From IMG/VR virus record IMGVR_UViG_3300028833_000072: DNA of 64,000 nucleotides; one strand, written 5' to 3'. Shown here one piece after another: positions 32,101-42,597 of this stretch (positions are counted from its first letter, which is position 1; each line of letters starts with the position of its first letter). The notes beneath the pieces were generated by a model. The model was not told the origin of the DNA. It worked only from the letters and a program-made list of their open reading frames with translations, and ran no database searches. This DNA comes from a virus. Lineage: Duplodnaviria > Caudoviricetes. Position numbers and translations under genes: made by a program.

Positions 32101-35100
32101 TTGCGAATAGTACTAGCTACATCAATTTCGCTGCCGCTTGTAGAATCATCCTCAAGAATATCTTGTAAAGCAGTATTAATTTGTTCTAATGCATCATTAA
32201 TAGAAGTATTAATTTCATCAGTAACATCTGCAGATTTAGCATAAGCTTCTAAACTAGAATAAACATCATCTACTGCATTAGTAATTTCTTCTGTTACTGT
32301 GGCCGAATCAACTTTTTTAGCCATTTCTGTATTAATAGCTTCCATAGAAGTTTCTACGCTATCAATTCGGTCTTCTAATGATTCTACAGCTTCAGTAACT
32401 GATGAAGTAGTAGCTAATCCGCTTAAATTACTATTAATAGCAGTAATAGAATTTTCTACAGAAGCAATTTTTTCATCCATGGAACTTACTTTTGTGTCCA
32501 TAGTATTAATTGATTCATTAGCCGCTACGAGTTGAGTATTAAAAGCATTTTCTAAAGTTGTTAAATTAGATTCAACTGTGGTTTTATCCGCTTTATCATT
32601 TAATAAACTATTAACATCAGTTTTCGTATATACATCATTTTTAACAGCCTTAGTATCTAATGTATTATTAATAACATCAATATTGTTATTAATAGTTGTA
32701 ACACTTCCATTAATGGTATTAATATTATTATTAATGGTTGTAATATTTCCTTTTACAGTTTCAAGATTATTATTAACATTAGTAATTTGGCTATTAGTCA
32801 TAGTCGCACTATCTGCAATTTTACTTTCTAATGCTGTTTTTGTTGAATTAATATTATCATTAATAGCTGCGGTTGCAGTGGCAACACTATTTTCAATAGC
32901 ATTATTAGCTTGTGCTTTAGTATAAACATCAGTAATACCATATTCACTTAATGATGTAGGCTTATTAATAATGTTATTAAAATCAAGATTAATATTTTCC
33001 CAATTAGCAGCGGCAACAAGAATCCAATCTGATCCATTATAAATATATGAATTACCAGTAGTGGTTTCAAAAGCTTTAGCGCCAGAAATTAATCCAGTTA
33101 AGGCTAAACGCTCATCAACATTAGTAACAATATAAGTAGCTTGTTTAGCAACATCAGGAATTTGTTCTAGAGAAATTTTGCCATTAACATCTAATCCTGC
33201 ATAACCGTTAGATACGTTTTTATTTGCTACATTTTCAGGTGTATAATTATATTTATCTTGTTTAGCATTAGCTACAGCAGTAATTTGTTCAGTAACTTCA
33301 GCTTTATCAGCTTTAATTGCTAATAAATTATCTGCATCTTCTTTGGTATATACTGTAGTCATTAATGTATTAATATCATCTTTAGTGTATGTAGTTTCTT
33401 TATCAGCTTTAATAGCGATATTAGTATTAATAGTATCAACTGCATTATTTAATTCATTAGTCGCTGTATTAGCTACATCATCAACATGAGCTGTTAAATT
33501 ATTAATAATAGTATCTAAATCTTTAATAGAGCCTTCGACTGCAGTTCTATTATTAGCAACAGTAGTTGATAATTCATTAATTTGATCTGTTAAATCTACA
33601 GATAGATTATCAACAGATTCAATTGAAGCAAATTTATCAAATGATTCAATATCAGCTTTTTCAAGAATATTAGTTTCTGCTTGTGCTAATACAGCTTCAT
33701 TTGCAGTAGCAATAGCTTCTGTATATTCAGAATCAATTTTAGACTTAACATCTATAATTAATTGTTTAGTAGAATTAATAACTTCTGTAATATCAGAATC
33801 CGCACTGCCACTAGTGTCTTTACCAGCAACATTTTGTAATGTATTGTTAATAGCTTTTAGTGCAGAAGAAATTGCATTATCAATGTTAGTATCAACTTCG
33901 TCAGAAGTGTATACTTCATCTTTATTATATACATCTGCTACGTTAGCTTTTATATCATTTAAATTGGTAACACTAGTATTAAGTGTTGCAATAGTTTCAT
34001 TCTGTTCGGTAATAGCATTTTCTGTAGTTTCTTTTAATGTATTAAATTGATCTGCAACATTATTTACAGTATCATTTAATTGGCTATGTTTATCCATAGC
34101 AGTAGTTAATTTATTGTCGATATTATTAGCAATAGTTGTATAACTTGCTAATACATCTGCATTATTTTGAGCAATACGAGCTGTTGCTTCGACAACAGTT
34201 TGCTGAACATTTTGAGATGCAGTAGTAATTTTTTCATCAACAACAGCTAAACGATTTTGAATAGCTGTTTCTGTATTTTCTTGAATTTGATTAAATACAA
34301 CAGTCGCATCTGCAATTTTTGTATCTACAGAAGTATTAAGAGCTTCAATTTTAGGATCTACATTATCTGTTACAGCTGTATTAACTTCGTCAGTAATACT
34401 ATTTTGTACATCACTAATTTCAGCACGTAATGCCGCTAACATTTCACGGTGTTTTTGATCAACTTCTTCAGTAGAATAAACTGATGTACGACTACTTTTA
34501 CCACCTGGTGTACGAGTAGGATCAATAGGAATCCAATTGCCATCAGAATCGGTATATTCCATTTGATCAAGATCTTCATTCCAACGTAAGCCTGCAGACA
34601 TTTGAGATCCGCGACGGAATTCTAATACTAAATTAGATGAATTTAAGCCTACTGCATTTTTATTAATTGTAAAAATTTTACGAGTAGTACCATCACCAGT
34701 AACAACATCAGATAACCGATCTTCGACATCTTGCATTGTTAATTTAGTATCTAAAGCATCTTGTAAACCAGTAATAGCTGCAATATTATGAGAATCAGCA
34801 CTATCAAGATCAGTTAAATCTTTATGTGATTTAATTACATTGGTAACTGAAAATAATGGACGAAGATCTTGAATTTGATCATCATAAATAGCTGTAGTAC
34901 TTTCCGAAATAACAACTGCAGCTAAAGGTAAAAAGTCTATAGGAAGATTAGTAGGTAAGCTAGGATTATCTCTAATTGCAGCTTCACTATAAATAACAAC
35001 CGCTTGTGAACCGCGTAAACCGATTACAGCTAAAGCTGTACCAGCTGTAACAGAAGATAAAACAACTGAGCCACCGGCATATTCAATTAAATTATTATTA

Positions 35101-35408
35101 ACCCATGCACTACCTTCATTAATACGAACTGTAAGACTAGGCGGAGTATTAGCTTTTACACGTAAAACTTGATTAAAAACTCCCCAGGATCTAAATGAAC
35201 TTCCATAACAATTATATTATTAAATATATTATTATTTATATTTTTTATCAAAAATAATTTAGCATATGCCTTTTTAACTAATGAAATAATAATTTATATG
35301 CGTTGTATTACTTATTTATTAATAAATAAATAGTAAAATCAAATTATAATTATTAATTATATTCTTGAAATTAATTCTATTTTCGGCTTATATAACCGGA
35401 ATATTCAT
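29109..35408 (-). CDS. Giant tail-fibre-like coiled-coil protein; 2 exons 35408-35395 and 35208-29109 (2037 aa)
   Basis: GAGGTGA RBS + MNIPV|YGSSFRSWG; frame open 157 codons upstream of the ORF-track start; KAN..DVYTK repeats; duplicated NGYAGLD.NGK / NIINKPTSL..YGITD module. Confidence 0.8.
35209..35394 (-). other. Group I intron in tail-fibre gene (186 nt, ORF-less)
   Basis: P1 CGGU/GCCG with U•G; R ACAACGCAUA; S AAGGCAUAUGCU (P7 GCAUA/UAUGC); ends AAUAUAAUUG; GT|T join in frame. Confidence 0.82.
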
Positions 35409-35640
35409 GTATTTTATCACCTCAAAAAAATCGATTTTTATTGAGCTTATAAAAGAACTATTTTATATATAAAAAAATATTTTTATATATAAAATAATAA
35501 ATATAAATAAATTCTATTATTTATTTTTAAACACTTTTTATTTTTAACCTTTATAATAGTAAATTTTAAAAATCTAAATCATATAAAAAATAAAAAGCAT
35601 TAAATTATTTTAAATATAAAAATATGGAGGTATTTATTAT

Positions 35641-36147
35641 ATGAAAAAATTTATTAATTATTCTGTATTTCATCCTTTTACTAATAAAACTTTAGGATTT
35701 AGAGAATGTGCAATGTTAAAGAATATTGCTGATAAAACTAATACTATTATTGAATTAAGTTTACATGGAAAAACTGGATCTACCAATAGTATTATTTCTT
35801 TATTACAATTAGGAATTAAAAATAATTCAGGTATTGTATTTACTATTAAAGGTGAAAATCAAATTGAATGCTGTCATTTAGTAATGGATATTATTAAAAA
35901 TGGCTGGCAAAAAGAAAGCAATAATTTAATTTCTACTTCTAAAAAAAATGTTTCTATTAATAATATAGTAACTAATTCTGATAATATAAAAAAAGATGAA
36001 AAAGAGATAAATAAAGACGATGATGAAGAATTAGTATCTGTTGATGATATTATTAGTTTACATCAGAATTTAAATAGTTTAATTACTAATGATATTAACA
36101 ATTGGGATTTAGATTATTCTTATAATATTGTAAAATATGCATGTTAA
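35641..36147 (+). CDS. HPr-like protein lacking the phosphoacceptor His, with acidic C-terminal extension
   Basis: LGFRECAML aligns to GLHARPA; TNSIISLLQLG to the Ser46 motif; FTIKGENQ; GGAGG RBS. Confidence 0.6.
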   Translation: MKKFINYSVFHPFTNKTLGFRECAMLKNIADKTNTIIELSLHGKTGSTNSIISLLQLGIKNNSGIVFTIKGENQIECCHLVMDIIKNGWQKESNNLISTSKKNVSINNIVTNSDNIKKDEKEINKDDDEELVSVDDIISLHQNLNSLITNDINNWDLDYSYNIVKYAC

Positions 36148-36168
36148 AAAACGATTAATTAAAAAAAT

Positions 36169-37113
36169 ATGTACCTATATAAACAATATATTGTTTATAT
36201 AGGTATTTTTTATATTGGAGGAAAATTATTAATGAATAAATTAATAACTGCATATATTCCTCAAAGTAGTGACGAATATTCAAATAATGAACGTTATAAT
36301 CCTACAGAAGAGGATATTTTAGATTCTAAGCAAGAATCATTTAAAAATATAATTAAGCCCATAGAAAATAATATTAAATTATACTTACAACAAGAAATAA
36401 AATCAATAATTACTGCAAAAACTAGACATTATATTCATAAAAATAAGCATATTAATAATGATAAATTATATGATTTTGTCATATCTCATATTAACTTTAA
36501 TTCATTATTTAATAATATACAATTTCACTCCCTCGAAACTTTTAATTTAATTAATGATAATATTATTAGCAAAAAACAATTACAATATGATTTTATTCAA
36601 TATATAAAATATTATTTTGCATTATATATAAAATTATTAATTGAAAAATATAGAAATGAATCTATTCTTAGTTATGATCAACAAATTAAGGATAAAAATT
36701 ATAATATTGATAAATATATACAAACACCAGAACAATTAACAGAATTAATTGATGAAGTTGGCGATACAATTCAATTAGATAATGGATTTAATATTAATTA
36801 TAAATGTCGAGATAATGCATTTATTGTTGTAAAAAATAAAGCTTTTATTGGTGATAATCATTTAAATTTAATGCTAAAATATTTAAAAAATAATAATATT
36901 AATGATCCTTATTATTTTAACATTGAAAATATTGATAAATTAAAATTACCTTATGCATATGGTCATATATATCAAGGCAGAGCTTTAATTAACTGGTATA
37001 AATATTGTACTTTAAACGATATAAAAAATGCTTTATTGAAAGAAGGTAAATATTATATATATAATTATAATACTAATAAACAAACATTATATAGATTGGC
37101 TAAAAAAGTATAG
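36169..37113 (+). CDS. Hypothetical protein, 'RLAK' family
   Basis: RDNAFI..GDNH..LPYAYGHIY...LYRLAKKV; likely start at ATG 36232 behind GGAGG. Confidence 0.6.
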   Translation: MYLYKQYIVYIGIFYIGGKLLMNKLITAYIPQSSDEYSNNERYNPTEEDILDSKQESFKNIIKPIENNIKLYLQQEIKSIITAKTRHYIHKNKHINNDKLYDFVISHINFNSLFNNIQFHSLETFNLINDNIISKKQLQYDFIQYIKYYFALYIKLLIEKYRNESILSYDQQIKDKNYNIDKYIQTPEQLTELIDEVGDTIQLDNGFNINYKCRDNAFIVVKNKAFIGDNHLNLMLKYLKNNNINDPYYFNIENIDKLKLPYAYGHIYQGRALINWYKYCTLNDIKNALLKEGKYYIYNYNTNKQTLYRLAKKV

Positions 37114-37165
37114 TATTCTAACAAAAAAATAAACTAATTCTTAATTAAGAACTAGTCTATAAATA

Positions 37166-38137
37166 TTATAAATTATATATATTTAACATTAAATTATTAA
37201 TTTTATCATAATTCGGATTATTAGGTAAAGTACTATATTGATATGCTTTATTAATTTCTAATTGTAAATCATCTTTTAATTTAAATATTTCTTGCATAGA
37301 TAACTGACCATTTCTAATATCCATTAATAATTTATGTTCTTTATATCTATAAGTATTAATTTGCTGGTTTTTTAATATATCTATTCCTATTAAATATAAT
37401 CGAATAAGATGCATTGCATGTTTATATAAATGTAATGTATCTTTTTTCTTATTTCTATTGTTAATTTTATTAAAATTATTTACATTAGCTTCTAATCCTT
37501 TAATAAAAGAAATTAAATACTTTAATGATATATTATTACTACTAATATTACATTTTAATTCATTATCTAAATAAATATTAAATTCTCCATTAAATTGATT
37601 TGATTCTTTTAATAACATAGATTGTATTGAATTTAATATTTGTTCATCTTTATTATTAGTTAACGATAAAGCATTTTCTAATTGTTGTAATTGTGCAGTA
37701 GCATATCCAATAAATGTATTATAGGCTTTTTTACTTAAGAATAATTGATAATTATTTCTTAATTCCTTACCAATATCATTTATAAATAATATATGTTCTT
37801 TTTTTGTTCCCAGTAATTCTATAATATTAGGATTACAATTAATTAATAATTTTATAAATTTTTTAAATGAATATAATACAGTATCTGTATTCTCATTAAT
37901 ATAATCTTCTTTAATCTGATTTAATGTAAAAAAATCATTTTTATCTTCTAAATAAAATCCTCGAATATCTATATCACTATTTTCATTATTAGTACCATAA
38001 GCATAAGAACCTGCTAAAGTTAAATAACATATAGAATGATTTATAAAAAAAATATCATTAAAAAAATGATATTTTGCTAAATATTCATCATAATTTATAA
38101 ATGAAAATTCATTTAACTTTTTATATATATTAATCAT
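37166..38137 (-). CDS. Pol-beta-superfamily nucleotidyltransferase (YcgL/RlaP-like)
   Basis: GSYAYGTNNENSDIDIRG; NPNIIELL; KHAMHLIRL. Confidence 0.85.
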   Translation of the reverse strand: MINIYKKLNEFSFINYDEYLAKYHFFNDIFFINHSICYLTLAGSYAYGTNNENSDIDIRGFYLEDKNDFFTLNQIKEDYINENTDTVLYSFKKFIKLLINCNPNIIELLGTKKEHILFINDIGKELRNNYQLFLSKKAYNTFIGYATAQLQQLENALSLTNNKDEQILNSIQSMLLKESNQFNGEFNIYLDNELKCNISSNNISLKYLISFIKGLEANVNNFNKINNRNKKKDTLHLYKHAMHLIRLYLIGIDILKNQQINTYRYKEHKLLMDIRNGQLSMQEIFKLKDDLQLEINKAYQYSTLPNNPNYDKINNLMLNIYNL

Positions 38138-38165
38138 TAATAAATATTCCTTATTTTTAATATAA

Positions 38166-39338
38166 TTAAACTAATCTTTTAATTTTAGTAGAACAATATA
38201 AACCAATAAAATATAATGATGCAATTAATACTAATGATATTAAATACGAATTTGTATAATTATATAATATAATAATTATAAATGGACCTAATAATCCTGC
38301 TAATGCCCAAGCAAATAAAATCGCACCGAATATTGATCCAGCATGCATTTCACCAAATATATATGCAGTTAAAGCTGGTAAACATGCAAATCCAGCTCCA
38401 TAACAACTAGCTATAATTAATAAACTACTTACAGTTAAAAATGAATTAATATTAATAATACATAATGTAATACATATTAATTGAATGCTAAATAAAATTT
38501 TATAAATATTAATATATCCTAATTTATCCGCTAAATTAGCAAAAAAAGGTCTACCTAATCCATTAGCTATACCAATAAAACTAACAAGTATAGCTGTATT
38601 TAATAATAATTCATTACCTAAAGGAGCTGCAATTGAAATTAATGATATTCCAATAAATATATTAATAAAAATCATTATAAATATATAATAAAATTCTTTC
38701 GTTTTTAAAGCCTGTTCTTTAGTTAAAGAATGATCATCATTATTTTTTATTTCATTTATATATACAAATGGTTTTAATAATAAACTTGCTGCTAACATTA
38801 ATATACCATATATAAAACCAATAATAATAAAAGCATTAATTATATTAGAAAATAAATTTACAAATGGTACAAATATCGCAGATCCTAATCCAAAACTTAA
38901 TATACTAATACTAGATCCTAAAGCTTTATTATTTGGGAATTCTTGAAGTAATAATGGTATTGGAATTAAATAAATAATTCCAACTCCAATACCTAACAAA
39001 ATACCATATATTATATATAACATAAATATATTTATATTTGATAAATTTAATATTAATCCAGTGCCTATCATACCAAACATAAATAATATAGATCCAATAA
39101 TAGCGCTTTTATACGGTTTTATTGACATTATATAATTACCGCCAAAACTAGTAGTAGTTCCTAAAGTAAAAATGGTTAAGCAAAATACTACTTGTATTGC
39201 TTGTATGGAAAAATTAGTAATTTCATATATAGGCTGTATAAAAATGCTCCAAGAATAAATTGAACCAATACATAATGATAATATAATAGATGCAATTATT
39301 ATTGATATTTTTTTAGACATAAATTCATCTTCTTTCAT
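38166..39338 (-). CDS. MFS transporter, OFA (oxalate/formate/lactate antiporter)-like
   Basis: ~12 hydrophobic helices; GSIYSWSIF, NGLGRPFFANLADKLG, CYGAGFA..PA. Confidence 0.85.
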   Translation of the reverse strand: MKEDEFMSKKISIIIASIILSLCIGSIYSWSIFIQPIYEITNFSIQAIQVVFCLTIFTLGTTTSFGGNYIMSIKPYKSAIIGSILFMFGMIGTGLILNLSNINIFMLYIIYGILLGIGVGIIYLIPIPLLLQEFPNNKALGSSISILSFGLGSAIFVPFVNLFSNIINAFIIIGFIYGILMLAASLLLKPFVYINEIKNNDDHSLTKEQALKTKEFYYIFIMIFINIFIGISLISIAAPLGNELLLNTAILVSFIGIANGLGRPFFANLADKLGYINIYKILFSIQLICITLCIININSFLTVSSLLIIASCYGAGFACLPALTAYIFGEMHAGSIFGAILFAWALAGLLGPFIIIILYNYTNSYLISLVLIASLYFIGLYCSTKIKRLV

Positions 39339-39372
39339 TCTAAAGAAAAAATTGGTAAAAGTATTAATATCT

Positions 39373-39873
39373 TTACCAAATATGATTTTTTTGTTTATAA
39401 TAATGCCGTGTAATATATACTAATTTCCAATTTTGCTCTTGCCACAATGAGCAATGTACTTGTTTTCTTATTGTATTAATTTCTTTTTTATTAGTATTAA
39501 TATTTGTATTAATATCATTATATTCAATTATGCATTGCTGATTAATATATTTACCTATACCATCCATTAATTGAATTTGTAAGTCTGTATATAATGAATC
39601 AAATTCTTTTTTTAATAAAGGATGATTAAAACTAATACATATTTTTAATATTTTACCAAATACTGTATTAAATCGTGTACTTATAATACCATCATAATTT
39701 AAATATTGTTTAAAATTTTTAGTATATTGTAATAATAAATTATTTATTTGCACATATGAAATATATGATTTTATATCATCATAATTAACTTCTTCTATAA
39801 ATTTATTATTTTCATATATTTCATATTTCATAGGACATTGAAACATATAATTATATATCATTATAAAATACAC
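39373..39873 (-). CDS. Hypothetical protein
   Basis: 166-aa ORF in operon. Confidence 0.5.
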   Translation of the reverse strand: MYFIMIYNYMFQCPMKYEIYENNKFIEEVNYDDIKSYISYVQINNLLLQYTKNFKQYLNYDGIISTRFNTVFGKILKICISFNHPLLKKEFDSLYTDLQIQLMDGIGKYINQQCIIEYNDINTNINTNKKEINTIRKQVHCSLWQEQNWKLVYITRHYYKQKNHIW

Positions 39874-41114
39874 CTTATATCTAATATATCAAGAATAAAT
39901 TTAATTATATACTTAGTAATAATTAATAATTTTAATTTGCTCTTTAATTGTTGAATATCAATACAACCATGTTTTAAAATATATATAACACTATTTATTA
40001 CTGGTTTGACTAAATAGCATAGTTTTAATAAATATGTACATAATATATTTAATTTAATATATTTGGAAGCGAAATTTAATACTGAATCTAATTGACTAAT
40101 ATGATTAAATAATATTTCATCAGTTTTAAATAACCGCCAAGTCATATTACTATACCAGCTATTATGTATACATGATAAGTTATTAATATTAATAATTAAT
40201 TTTTCTATATTATTATATACATTATATATATAATTTAATTCTTTATTATTTTTATCATATATATAATTTACATTAACATTATGTTTTAATGCTGAAAATT
40301 GAAATTCATCTAAATTATTAAATTGTTGATATTGTAAATCAGTACTAATATATTTCTTTCCTTCGTCATAAATAATAACTGGTTCTGTTTCAATTAATAC
40401 CGAATATTTAAAATTTAATTGTTTATCAATTAATTTTAAATCACGAATAGTATAAGGTTTAGAACAAATAGTAATATTTTTTTGATTAATACTTAAAAAT
40501 CGTACAATATATTTACATATGTATTGCGCATATTTAGTAAACATATTATTACACATAAATATTTGATTATTAAAATAAGAAATTTGTCCATTTTGATGTA
40601 TATATTCTTTTATCATATTATATACATTTATATAATCAGATAATACTAAATTATTATTAAATGTCTGTATTTTATATCCGCAAACTTTATATAAATTAAT
40701 TAATGCTTGATAATACGATTTTTCTCTATAATATGAAAGTGAATTAATATCTTGATTCTGATATTGAATATTAATAACTAATTGTTTATTCGATCCCAAT
40801 CCAAAAACGCCACATAATACTTGATTAAAAATATTGTTTAATATCATATATTTAGTAGAATTATTAATAAAAAAATAAATATAATTATTATGAATTGTAA
40901 TTGTTTTAAACCATTTTCTACTACTATTTAAATTAATATTATTTAATATATCTTCAGCTTGTATTTGTAATTTTAATGCTATATTACTTCTAAATGCAGT
41001 TTTATAAATATCATATCGTATACTATCATTAAGCAATGCTTTATCAAATGAAATATTTATTCTATGTAAACTGTCATTTAATAAATTAATTAATTCATTA
41101 TGCAATTTATACAT
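39861..41114 (-). CDS. Degenerate arginyl-tRNA synthetase-like protein (N-terminal and DALR-like domains)
   Basis: FKTITIHNNYIYFFIN, NYIYNVYNNIEKLI, NILCTYLLKL and KLKLLIITKYIIKFILDILDI follow the ArgRS pattern; no HIGH motif. Confidence 0.5.
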   Translation of the reverse strand: MYKLHNELINLLNDSLHRINISFDKALLNDSIRYDIYKTAFRSNIALKLQIQAEDILNNINLNSSRKWFKTITIHNNYIYFFINNSTKYMILNNIFNQVLCGVFGLGSNKQLVINIQYQNQDINSLSYYREKSYYQALINLYKVCGYKIQTFNNNLVLSDYINVYNMIKEYIHQNGQISYFNNQIFMCNNMFTKYAQYICKYIVRFLSINQKNITICSKPYTIRDLKLIDKQLNFKYSVLIETEPVIIYDEGKKYISTDLQYQQFNNLDEFQFSALKHNVNVNYIYDKNNKELNYIYNVYNNIEKLIININNLSCIHNSWYSNMTWRLFKTDEILFNHISQLDSVLNFASKYIKLNILCTYLLKLCYLVKPVINSVIYILKHGCIDIQQLKSKLKLLIITKYIIKFILDILDIRCIL

Positions 41115-41130
41115 TTTTCATACAATTCCT

Positions 41131-41508
41131 TTATCCAATTTTTATAATTAACATATCATTACTAATTTTAGTATGTTGTAACTTATTAAATTCAGATCCA
41201 TTATAATTAGTATATATATCTTCAATCATATTATTACTATAATGTAATTGAATACAAGTAATATCTTCATACTTCATTATTCGAGATAATACATTAATAT
41301 TATTATTAGAATTAATGTTTTTAATTAAATTTATATTTAATGATATTAATATATTTTCTGCTGTAGCAGACATTTCAATTTTATTAGGATAAAAATTATA
41401 ATTATATGATACTTTATTAAATCGTAACATATTTACTGCATTATATGGTATATTTACAGAATCACAATTTTCAAATATTAAAGTAATAAAATCAATTTGC
41501 TTATCCAT
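41131..41508 (-). CDS. Hypothetical phage protein
   Basis: ITLIFENCDSV...DITCIQL pattern; GAGG RBS. Confidence 0.55.
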   Translation of the reverse strand: MDKQIDFITLIFENCDSVNIPYNAVNMLRFNKVSYNYNFYPNKIEMSATAENILISLNINLIKNINSNNNINVLSRIMKYEDITCIQLHYSNNMIEDIYTNYNGSEFNKLQHTKISNDMLIIKIG

Positions 41509-41656
41509 ATATTAACCTCACTAACCCATACTTGATGCATATTAATTAATTCATCAAATATTATTGAAAATAATAAATAACTTAATATAACAGTTAATAT
41601 AAATACAATTAAAAACATAGTTTTCATTTTATGAAATATCCTTTCATTCGTAACAA

Positions 41657-42067
41657 CTATATAATATTAAATAAATTATCTTTGGGAACAAACATCATTT
41701 GACAAGTATCACATACTTTTACTTTATCCTTTGGAGTATCATCAATTTGTAAAAATATTTCTTGACAATATGGACATTGATATGAATAATTCCAATTAAT
41801 AATATTATTTTGTTTCATACCTCGTAATATATGTAATAATATTTCTAAACTAATAATTTGCCCGCTAATATTTGTAGCATGTTTTATTAAACCACTTAGT
41901 CTAATTAATTCTATTTTTTGAAATTTTGGTGTTTCTATTATACTAGGCGAATCTTTTTGCAATTCTACATTTCTTTGTTTTTCTGCTTCTATTTTCTCGT
42001 TTAAATGAAATATATCTACTATATCATTTAACATATTATCCATTTTAAAATCTTTAAACATATACAA
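41657..42067 (-). CDS. Hypothetical Zn-ribbon protein
   Basis: CPYC...CDTC. Confidence 0.6.
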   Translation of the reverse strand: MYMFKDFKMDNMLNDIVDIFHLNEKIEAEKQRNVELQKDSPSIIETPKFQKIELIRLSGLIKHATNISGQIISLEILLHILRGMKQNNIINWNYSYQCPYCQEIFLQIDDTPKDKVKVCDTCQMMFVPKDNLFNII

Positions 42068-42482
42068 TCTCCTTTTTAGATTTATTTATTAAATATTTAT
42101 TAATTGATTCATCACTATAACCAAATAACTTACCAAAAATAAATTCTGCAGTTAATGTGTCTCTTTCATTTATATGTTTAATAAATAATTGTTTTTGCCA
42201 ATTATATTTATAAATAAAAATCTGTATATATTTTTTTATTGCATTATCCATTAAATCAAATGGTAAAACATAATATTTTAATTTTTCTATTTGTATTAAT
42301 CTAATTATTTCTTGTTCTATATAAGGAATAATTTCTTCTGGAAAATCAATCCAGGTACAACTACGCACTTGTTTAGTAATTAAATAAACTTCATTAGATA
42401 ACATTATTAAGTATGGTTTAGTTAATTCTTTTAATTGCTTATCATTAAATGTTGTAGTTTTTAAAGTAACAATATAAGACAT
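42054..42482 (-). CDS. Hypothetical protein (true start probably ATG 42482)
   Basis: AAGGAG RBS before MSYIVTLK; GKLFGYS motif. Confidence 0.6.
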   Translation of the reverse strand: MSYIVTLKTTTFNDKQLKELTKPYLIMLSNEVYLITKQVRSCTWIDFPEEIIPYIEQEIIRLIQIEKLKYYVLPFDLMDNAIKKYIQIFIYKYNWQKQLFIKHINERDTLTAEFIFGKLFGYSDESINKYLINKSKKEIVYV

Positions 42483-42597
42483 TTTTATTTTCTCCTTATT
42501 TAAAATAAAATTTAATAAACTCTCGCGGAGTACATGGAAAATCTGTAATTCCTTGAATTTCAATTAATTCTTTTATCAACTTAGTATTAATTTTTAC

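Noticed and set aside
29337-34050. Plus-strand ORFs inside the tail-fibre gene, and other antisense ORFs (734, 2445, 4903, 8825, 12386, 18407, 22930, 26485, 46242, 51014, 58012, 59660)
   Set aside because: Shadow frames of well-supported genes on the opposite strand, with no recognisable motifs.
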